DNA of 22,320 nucleotides, from the NCBI GenBank assembly GCA_046726415.1, contig JBKPAK010000089.1, positions 1 to 22,320 of the forward strand, read 5' to 3'. The notes under the pieces are model-generated. The model saw only the letters and a program-made list of their open reading frames with translations. It was not told the DNA's origin and ran no database searches. The DNA comes from Candidatus Methylomirabilota bacterium. Its GTDB lineage: Bacteria > Methylomirabilota > Methylomirabilia > Rokubacteriales > CSP1-6. Both the position numbers and the translations under genes were made by a program. This document shows positions 1 through 6,727 of the stretch, piece by piece; the stretch's first letter is position 1, and the number at the start of each line of letters is the position of its first letter.

Positions 1-1
1 C

Positions 2-1168
2 TTCCGTTTCTTCGGCGGCGTGGAACTCGGCAAGCACGTCAGCGTCGAGGATCTGCGGGGTCACTATCATCAGATCGTGTATGCGACCGGGGCTCAGACG
101 GACCGACGCATGGAGATTCCGGGCGAGGACCTGAAGCGAAGCCACCCGGCCACGGAGTTCGTCGCCTGGTACAACGGCCACCCCGACTATCGCGACTGCC
201 AGTTCGATCTCTCGCAGGAGCGAGCCGCCGTGGTGGGGGTGGGAAACGTGGCCATCGATGTTGCCCGCATCCTCTGCCGCACTCCGGAAGAGCTGGAACA
301 GACCGACATCGCCGATTATGCGCTGGAGGCGCTCCGCCGAAGTCGCGTCCGCGAGGTCTACCTGCTCGGACGCCGCGGCCCAGCCCAAGCGGCGTTCACG
401 AATCCCGAAATCAAGGAGCTGGGCGATCTAGCCGACGCCGACATCGTGACCATCCCCAGTGAGGTGGCCCTCGACGAGCTGAGTCGGGCGGCGCTGGAGC
501 ACAGCCCAGATCGCGCAACGGCCAAGAAGGTGGAGATTCTGCAGAGCTACGCGGCGCGGCGACCTCTGGGCAAACGGCGGCGACTCATCGTGCGCTTCCT
601 CGTCTCACCCGTCGAGCTCATCGGCAACGACGCCAGCGAAGTGGTGGGTATGCGGCTGGTCAAGAATAGGCTCTCCGCAACCCCCACCGGCACGCTCCAA
701 GCCAAGCCGACCCAGGTATTCGAGGAGCTGCCGGTCGAACTCGTCTTTCGATCCGTGGGATATCGCGGCGTGCCGCTGCCCGGCGTGCCGTTCAACGACG
801 ACTGGGCGGTCGTCCTGAACGACAAGGGACGTGTCCTCGACCCTGGCTCCAAGCAGCCGCTGATCGGCGAATATACGGCAGGGTGGATCAAGCGGGGCCC
901 GACCGGCGTGATCGGGACGAACAAGTCCGACGCCGCCGAGACGGTGGCCAGCATGCTGGAGGATCTCGCCCAAGACGCCCACCTCCGTCCCGAGCAACCG
1001 TCGGCGGCCGCCGCCGAGCAGATGATCCGCGACCGCCAGCCGCGGTACCTCGCCTATGCGGACTGGCAGCGACTGAACGCGATCGAGGTGGAGCGCGGCC
1101 GAGCCCGCGGCCGCCCGCGTCTCAAGTTCACTCGGGTCGAGGACATGCTCGCCGCGCTGGGGCGGTGA
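2..1168 (+). CDS. NADPH-ferredoxin (adrenodoxin-reductase-like, FprA-type) FAD oxidoreductase, 5'-truncated
   Basis: Frame is open from base 2 (FRFFGGVELG). Motifs YATGA, FVAWYNGHP, NADP-binding VVGVGNVAIDVAR, GRRGPAQAAFT and GWIKRGPTGVIGTN are typical of the FprA/adrenodoxin reductase family. Confidence 0.9.
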   Translation, partial: FRFFGGVELGKHVSVEDLRGHYHQIVYATGAQTDRRMEIPGEDLKRSHPATEFVAWYNGHPDYRDCQFDLSQERAAVVGVGNVAIDVARILCRTPEELEQTDIADYALEALRRSRVREVYLLGRRGPAQAAFTNPEIKELGDLADADIVTIPSEVALDELSRAALEHSPDRATAKKVEILQSYAARRPLGKRRRLIVRFLVSPVELIGNDASEVVGMRLVKNRLSATPTGTLQAKPTQVFEELPVELVFRSVGYRGVPLPGVPFNDDWAVVLNDKGRVLDPGSKQPLIGEYTAGWIKRGPTGVIGTNKSDAAETVASMLEDLAQDAHLRPEQPSAAAAEQMIRDRQPRYLAYADWQRLNAIEVERGRARGRPRLKFTRVEDMLAALGR

Positions 1169-1255
1169 CGGGAACCGCCCGCCGGGGCCGGGGATTTTCT
1201 GGATAGAGACGACGGATACAGGCGCCGGTCCTTCCCCATAGAGGAGAAGAACAGC

Positions 1256-1306
1256 TTGACCCCACTCGTGGGGCCAATGTTAAATGGGTTGTGAATCTCG
1301 TCACGA
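1256..1306 (+). promoter_or_regulatory. Putative sigma-70 promoter of the cytochrome c gene with two palindromic operator candidates
   Basis: TTGACC at 1256-1261 and AT-rich TGTTAAAT at 1278-1285. Palindrome TTGACCCCAC-TC-GTGGGGCCAA at 1256-1277 and TTGTGAA-TCTC-GTCACGA at 1289-1306. Confidence 0.6.
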
Positions 1307-1329
1307 CCGCTTGGCGAAGAGGAGGGCTC

Positions 1330-1731
1330 ATGCACGTGCTTCGGAGATCTGCAGTCGCTGTCGCCGCTTCGACGGTGCTAGTGGTCGGTGGCGCCGCTGG
1401 CATCGCTTGGGCGCAGGGGGAGTGGAAGGCCGATCCCAAGTGTGTGAGCGCTGCCAAAAACACCGTGAAGGGTTTCGGAAACGCCAAGAAGACCGTGGAG
1501 ACCAACTGCGTCACCTGTCACGGGGCCTCAGGCAAGGGCGACGGCCCGGCCGCAGCCGCGCTGCCTCCTCCGAAGCCGGCCGATTGGACGTCTGCAAAAG
1601 TTCAGAGCGAGAGCGACGCGATACTGTTTTGTAAGATCAGCGAAGGCCGCGGCGCCATGCCGCCGTGGAAACATCTTCCCGAGAAGGACCGCTGGGAGGT
1701 CGTCAACTACATTCGCACCCTCAAAAAGTAG
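1330..1731 (+). CDS. Periplasmic monoheme class I cytochrome c
   Basis: Shine-Dalgarno GAGGAGG lies just before ATG 1330, which is preferred over GTG 1291. Signal peptide ends AWA/Q. Single CVTCH heme motif and distal Met ligand candidate in GAMPPW. Confidence 0.92.
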   Translation: MHVLRRSAVAVAASTVLVVGGAAGIAWAQGEWKADPKCVSAAKNTVKGFGNAKKTVETNCVTCHGASGKGDGPAAAALPPPKPADWTSAKVQSESDAILFCKISEGRGAMPPWKHLPEKDRWEVVNYIRTLKK

Positions 1732-1737
1732 CGGCGC

Positions 1738-1864
1738 GTGGACGCCCGCCGACCTCCCGACGGGGCGTCGACTTCCTGGAGGGAATCGCGCCCATGGATA
1801 TCGGCTTGGCCGGGCCGGCCCGCTTGTCGCCGAGCCGGCGACCGTTTCCATGGGCGCCGGGAGT
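1738..1864. repeat. Cluster of intergenic inverted repeats (structured element)
   Basis: GTGGACGCCC/GGGCGTCGAC arms at 1738-1772. Perfect 11-bp inverted repeat GCGCCCATGGA (1788-1798) / TCCATGGGCGC (1847-1857) enclosing further stems. Confidence 0.6.
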
Positions 1865-1873
1865 GTCGCGGAT

Positions 1874-1903
1874 TTGACACGCCCGCGCACCCCCGACTAT
1901 TCT
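1874..1903 (+). promoter_or_regulatory. Sigma-70 promoter for HNH-uvrB-uvrC
   Basis: Consensus TTGACA (1874-1879), 18-nt spacer, TATTCT (1898-1903). ATG follows 8 nt later. Confidence 0.7.
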
Positions 1904-1911
1904 GATGCGGA

Positions 1912-2436
1912 ATGGACGAGATCGCCGTCCTGGTTCTGAACAGTAGCTTCGAGCCCCTTCAGTTCACCAACGCCCGGCGCGCGATTTCTCTACTCCTGAG
2001 CGGCAAAGCCGAGTCGGTGGAAGCCTCCCCGCGGGTCATCCGCTCGCCGTCCGTGGCGCTCGCGCTGCCCGCAGTGATCCGGCTCGCCGTCTACATCCGG
2101 AAGCCCTTCCTCGACCGCGTGGCCTTCAACAAGAAAAACATCCTCCGGCGGGACAGCTACACCTGCCAGTATTGCAGCCGGCGCGGCGAACGGCTGACCG
2201 TGGATCACATCGTGCCGCGGTCGCGGGGCGGGGAGACGACGTGGACCAACGTGGTGGCCGCGTGCCTGCGCTGCAACCTCCGGAAGGGCAATCGCCTGCC
2301 CGACGAGCTTGGCATGCGCCTGCTGCGGGAGCCCGTCCATCCGAAGTTCCTGTTCTCCACGCACCTGCTCCGCCATCCGTTTGCCTCGTCGCTGATCGAT
2401 TCCTGGCGGAAGTACCTCGTCGCCGTTCCCAGCTGA
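1912..2436 (+). CDS. HNH endonuclease (McrA-like, Zn-finger type)
   Basis: N-terminal [11 protein letters not shown], then [26 protein letters not shown] and [14 protein letters not shown] (two CxxC plus H-N-N). Confidence 0.9.
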   Translation: MDEIAVLVLNSSFEPLQFTNARRAISLLLSGKAESVEASPRVIRSPSVALALPAVIRLAVYIRKPFLDRVAFNKKNILRRDSYTCQYCSRRGERLTVDHIVPRSRGGETTWTNVVAACLRCNLRKGNRLPDELGMRLLREPVHPKFLFSTHLLRHPFASSLIDSWRKYLVAVPS

Positions 2437-2458
2437 CCCGGAGCACCGGCCAGAGCTG

Positions 2459-4435
2459 ATGTTCGCCCTGGTGTCGGAGTATCAGCCGCGCGGTGACCAG
2501 CCACAGGCCATCGCCGCCCTCACCCGCGACGTGCAGGGGGGCGGGCGACACGTCGTCCTGCGGGGAGTGACGGGATCGGGCAAGACCTATACGATCGCGA
2601 ATCTGATCGCCGCCGTCCAGCGCCCCGCGCTGGTGATCTCGCCCAACAAGACCTTGGCCGCCCAGCTCTTCGGTGAATTCCGCGCGTTCTTCCCCAAGAA
2701 CGCCGTCGAGTACTTCGTGTCGTACTACGACTACTACCAGCCCGAGGCCTACATCCCGCAATCCGACACGTACATCGAGAAAGACGCCCTCATCAACGAC
2801 GAGATCGACCGCATGCGGCACTCCGCCACCCGATCGCTCATGGAGCGGCGAGACGTCGTGGTGGTGGCCTCGGTGTCCTGCATCTACGGCATCGGCGCCC
2901 CCGAGACGTACCAGGGCATGCACCTGGCCATGGCCGAGGGCGATCGCCTCGACCGCGACGAAATCATCCGCCGGCTGGTGGCCATGCAGTATGAGCGCAA
3001 CGATTACGACTTCCATCGCGGCACCTTTCGGGTGCGCGGCGACGTGGTCGAGATCTTCCCGGCCGACGAGGAGTCGCTGGCCGTGCGCGTCGAGTTGTTC
3101 GGCGACGAGGTCGACGCGATTCATCGCATCGACCCGCTGAAGGGAGCGCTCCTCGAGCGCCAGGAGCAACTCCACATCTATCCGGCCAGCCACTACGTGA
3201 CGCCGGCCTCCCAAGTGGAACACGCCCTGGGCACCATCCAGGAGGAACTGGGGGAGCGCCTGACCTTTCTCCGAGGCAAGAATCGGCTGCTGGAGGCACA
3301 GCGGCTCGAGCAGCGCACCATCTTCGACATGGAAATGCTCCGCGAGTTGGGGTTCTGTCACGGCATCGAGAACTACTCTCGCCATCTGACCGGACACCGG
3401 CCGGGGCATCCGCCGCCCACCTTGATCGACTACCTCCCCCCCGAGGCCCTCGTCATCATCGACGAGAGCCACGTGGCCGTCCCTCAACTGCGCGGGATGT
3501 ACCACGGCGATCGCTCGCGGAAGGAGACCCTGGTCGAATACGGCTTTCGCCTCCCCTCGGCCTTCGATAACCGGCCCTTGACCTTCGACGAGTTCCGGGC
3601 CCGGGTGGGGCAGACCGTCTACATCTCGGCCACCCCCGACGTCTACGAACTGGAGAACGCCGGCGACGCGGTGGCGGAGCAAGTGATTCGTCCCACCGGG
3701 CTCATGGATCCACGCATCACCGTGCGGGCCGCCCGCGACCAGGTCGACGATTTGCTGCATGAGATCCGCGCCCGGGCCGAGCGCGAAGAGCGAGTGCTTG
3801 TCACCACCCTCACCAAGCGGATGGCCGAGGATCTGACGGAGTACTACCAGCAGGCGGGGGTTCGGGTGCGCTACCTTCACTCCGACATCGATACCCTCGA
3901 TCGCACCGCGCTCATCCGCGACCTGCGCCTGGGCAAGTTCGACTGCCTGGTGGGGATCAACCTGCTGCGCGAGGGGCTGGATATCCCAGAGGTGTCCCTG
4001 GTGGCCATCCTCGATGCGGACAAAGAGGGATACCTGCGCTCGGGCACCTCGTTGATCCAGACCTCGGGCCGAGCGGCCCGCCACGTGGGGGGCGAGGTCA
4101 TCATGTACGCCGATCGGGTGACGGCTTCTATGGCCCAGGCCATCCGCGAGACGGAGCGCCGACGCGACCTCCAGGGGGCGTACAACGCCGAGCACGGCAT
4201 CACCCCGGAGTCGGTCCAGCGTTCTATCCACGAACTGCTGCAGACCATCTACGAGCGCGACTACTATACAGTTGAGGTGTCGGAGGCGCAGGAGACCTTC
4301 GGCTCCGACGACGAGCGGCAGCGCCGCATCGAGGAGCTGGAGGTCCAGATGCGGGAGGCGGCGCGGCGGCTGGACTTCGAGCAGGCCGCCGAGCTACGCG
4401 ACCGGGTGAAGGGGCTTCGCAAGCAGGCAGTATGA
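2459..4435 (+). CDS. uvrB: Excinuclease ABC subunit B
   Basis: Walker [17 protein letters not shown], beta-hairpin [28 protein letters not shown] and C-terminal UVR motif FEQAAELRD. Confidence 0.99.
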   Translation: MFALVSEYQPRGDQPQAIAALTRDVQGGGRHVVLRGVTGSGKTYTIANLIAAVQRPALVISPNKTLAAQLFGEFRAFFPKNAVEYFVSYYDYYQPEAYIPQSDTYIEKDALINDEIDRMRHSATRSLMERRDVVVVASVSCIYGIGAPETYQGMHLAMAEGDRLDRDEIIRRLVAMQYERNDYDFHRGTFRVRGDVVEIFPADEESLAVRVELFGDEVDAIHRIDPLKGALLERQEQLHIYPASHYVTPASQVEHALGTIQEELGERLTFLRGKNRLLEAQRLEQRTIFDMEMLRELGFCHGIENYSRHLTGHRPGHPPPTLIDYLPPEALVIIDESHVAVPQLRGMYHGDRSRKETLVEYGFRLPSAFDNRPLTFDEFRARVGQTVYISATPDVYELENAGDAVAEQVIRPTGLMDPRITVRAARDQVDDLLHEIRARAEREERVLVTTLTKRMAEDLTEYYQQAGVRVRYLHSDIDTLDRTALIRDLRLGKFDCLVGINLLREGLDIPEVSLVAILDADKEGYLRSGTSLIQTSGRAARHVGGEVIMYADRVTASMAQAIRETERRRDLQGAYNAEHGITPESVQRSIHELLQTIYERDYYTVEVSEAQETFGSDDERQRRIEELEVQMREAARRLDFEQAAELRDRVKGLRKQAV

Positions 4436-6339
4436 ACGGCAGCCTGGACGAAAAGCTGGACCGCCTGCCCGATCGCCCCGGCGTCTATCTCTACAAGGAC
4501 GCCAAGGCGCAGGTGATCTACGTCGGCAAGGCGGCATCCCTGCGCGGTCGGGTCCGTTCGTATTTCCAGGACTCGCGCCCGCGCGACCCCAAGACGGACG
4601 CCCTCGTGCGGGGTATCCGCGACCTCGACTACATCGTGACCGACAACGACCTCGAAGCCCTAATGCTCGAGGCCACCCTGGTGCGCAAGCATCGGCCCCG
4701 GTACAACATCATCCTGCGCGACGACAAGCACTATCCTTTCCTCAAGCTCACCACCAATGAGCCGTTTCCCCGATTGGTGGTGGCGCGGCGGGTGGCCACG
4801 GACGGGGCCGCTTACTACGGGCCCTTCTATCCCGCCACCGCCATGCGGGAGACCCTGCGCCTCACCCGCCAGCTCTTCCCCCTGCGCACGTGCTCCATCG
4901 AGATCGACGGCCGGCTCGAGCGCCCTTGCATCCAGTACCACATCGGTCGCTGCCGGGCGCCCTGCACAGGATGGGAAACCCGGGAGGGCTACGCCGGCAC
5001 GGTCGCCGAGGTGCAGCGCTTCCTGGAGGGTAAGGACGACTCGCTGGCCGCGGAGCTGACCCAGGACATGGAGGCGGCGGCGGGGGCCCTCAACTTCGAA
5101 CGCGCCGCCATGCTGCGCGACCGGGTTCAGGCCCTGAACCGCGTCCGCGAACGCCAGAAGATGATCTCCACCGTCGAAGTGGATCAGGATGTGATCGGTC
5201 TCGTGCGGCAGGGCGGCGACGCGTGTCTCGAGCTGTTCTTCGTGCGACGCGGCCGGCTCGTGGGGCAGGAGGCGTTCTTCTTCGACCGCGTGGTGGGCTC
5301 CAGCGACGGCGAGATTCTCTCGGCCTTCCTCCGCCAGTTCTACTCGAAGAACGTGGTGCCCGCTCCGGAGATTCTCCTCTCCGAAGACGTGCCAGAAGCG
5401 GATCTGATCGAGCAGTGGCTCGCCAGTTTGGCCGGCCGGCGGGTCCAGGTGCACAGCCCCCAGCGAGGAGGCAAGCGAGAGTTCGTGGCCATGGCCGAGG
5501 CCAACGCCGCCCTCGCCCTGCAGAACCACCTCCTGGCGCGGGGCAACCGGCAACAGCTCATCCTCGAAGAGCTGCAGCGGGCCCTCGGGCTGCCGGGGCT
5601 CCCGAACCGCATCGAGGGTTACGACATCTCGAATACCCAGGGGACCGAGCAAGTCGGGTCCATGGTCGTCTGGGAGAACGGCGGTATGAAGAAGGACGAC
5701 TACAAGCGGTTCCGCATCCGGACGGTCACCGGGACCGACGACTTCGCCTCTCTCCACGAGGTGCTCACGCGTCGCTTCGCGCGCGCCCTGGAAGAGGGGA
5801 CTCCGCTGCCAGATCTCGTCCTCATCGACGGGGGACGCGGCCAGCTCAACGTGGGCGTGCGCGTGCTCCAGGAACTTGGTCTCGACTACCTGCCCGTCAT
5901 CGCGCTGGCCAAGCGCGAGGAGGAAGTCTACCGCCCCGACGGCCTGCACCCGCTCGTGCTCGACCCGACATCGCCGGCGCTGCAGACGTTGCAGAAGATC
6001 CGGGACGAGGCCCACCGCTTCGCCATCACGTACCACAAGAAGCTTCGCGCCAAGCGGACGATCCAGTCGGTGCTGGATACCATCCCCGGGGTCGGACCGG
6101 CCATCCGCACCAGCCTTCTGAAAACGCTCGGCTCGGCCCGCCGCGTGCGCGAGGCATCGGTGGCGGAACTCGCGTCGGTACCCAAGGTGACGCCCAAGCT
6201 GGCCCAGCGGCTCTACGACCACTTCCACCCCGGGGATCGAGCGATGAGCCCGCTGGGCGAACGGCCCGCGTCGCTCGAGGGGGACCGTGATCGGAACGTG
6301 ACGCATGTCGACGCCGGAGAGGAGGTGAACTGCGAATGA
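4432..6339 (+). CDS. uvrC: Excinuclease ABC subunit C
   Basis: GIY-YIG domain (PGVYLY...IYVGKA), 4-Cys region, UVR motif, [26 protein letters not shown] and HhH. ATGA overlap with uvrB. Confidence 0.99.
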   Translation: MNGSLDEKLDRLPDRPGVYLYKDAKAQVIYVGKAASLRGRVRSYFQDSRPRDPKTDALVRGIRDLDYIVTDNDLEALMLEATLVRKHRPRYNIILRDDKHYPFLKLTTNEPFPRLVVARRVATDGAAYYGPFYPATAMRETLRLTRQLFPLRTCSIEIDGRLERPCIQYHIGRCRAPCTGWETREGYAGTVAEVQRFLEGKDDSLAAELTQDMEAAAGALNFERAAMLRDRVQALNRVRERQKMISTVEVDQDVIGLVRQGGDACLELFFVRRGRLVGQEAFFFDRVVGSSDGEILSAFLRQFYSKNVVPAPEILLSEDVPEADLIEQWLASLAGRRVQVHSPQRGGKREFVAMAEANAALALQNHLLARGNRQQLILEELQRALGLPGLPNRIEGYDISNTQGTEQVGSMVVWENGGMKKDDYKRFRIRTVTGTDDFASLHEVLTRRFARALEEGTPLPDLVLIDGGRGQLNVGVRVLQELGLDYLPVIALAKREEEVYRPDGLHPLVLDPTSPALQTLQKIRDEAHRFAITYHKKLRAKRTIQSVLDTIPGVGPAIRTSLLKTLGSARRVREASVAELASVPKVTPKLAQRLYDHFHPGDRAMSPLGERPASLEGDRDRNVTHVDAGEEVNCE

Positions 6340-6587
6340 AGCTCTTTGCCGTGATCGCTCTCGTGGGAGGGTTGGTCTTCGCAGCGTGGCCGGTCTTGGC
6401 CTCGAACTGCCCCATCGTCATCAAGCAAGGCCGGGACGCGGCAGCCAAGATGAGCGCGAACGATCCAAAGGTGAAGCAGGCCGTGGCCAAACTCGATGAA
6501 GCGCAGAAGCTGCATGACGGCGGCAAGCACAGCGACTCGCTCAAGGCCGCCAACGAGGCGCTCGATCTGTTGGGCGCCAAGAAGTAG
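6336..6587 (+). CDS. Small secreted helical protein of unknown function (83 aa)
   Basis: SD GGAGG upstream, ATGA overlap with the uvrC stop, Sec signal peptide (MKLF...VLA), host-like codon usage. Confidence 0.8.
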   Translation: MKLFAVIALVGGLVFAAWPVLASNCPIVIKQGRDAAAKMSANDPKVKQAVAKLDEAQKLHDGGKHSDSLKAANEALDLLGAKK

Positions 6588-6627
6588 GGTCGGGCCGTTC
6601 GGCCGGTAGGGAGCCGGCGCCCGCGGT

Positions 6628-6690
6628 CGCGGCGGGACCGTCGTGTCTCATTTCACGGTGGGACACGACCCGTCGGTCGCCGCGTTTCTT
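6628..6690 (+). terminator. Long GC hairpin followed by TTTCTT; probable intrinsic terminator
   Basis: CGCGGCG(GG)ACCG pairs with CGGTCGCCGCG (6674-6684). TCGTGTCTCA pairs with TGGGACACGA. U-rich tail at 6685-6690. Confidence 0.55.
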
Positions 6691-6727
6691 GCCTCAGCTT
6701 CCCCGATAGAGTACAAATCGGAGAACC

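Noticed and set aside
1169..1200. Possible terminator after the reductase gene (GC-rich run then ATTTTCT)
   Set aside because: The stem is imperfect and I could not define it confidently.
1912..2436. HNH gene as a homing endonuclease, IscB/Cas9 relative or mobile element
   Set aside because: It is only 174 aa with no RuvC motifs, and there is no intron/intein context, terminal repeats or CRISPR array. It matches the common stand-alone HNH family.
2126..4231. 701-aa minus-strand ORF, and similar long antisense ORFs at 4660-6306, 8126-9445, 14236-16047 and 19542-20873
   Set aside because: They are shadows of well-conserved plus-strand genes. High-GC codon bias removes antisense stop codons, and the translations have no recognisable motifs.
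6643..6666. GTGTC...GACAC half-sites like those at 1863-1880
   Set aside because: Spacing differs (14 versus 8 nt) and the arms are explained by the RNA hairpin.
6657..6667. GGTGGGACACG upstream of leuS resembling a T-box (GGTGGNACC)
   Set aside because: It mismatches the conserved UGGNACC bulge, and there is no room for stem I or a specifier loop because the upstream gene ends at 6587.
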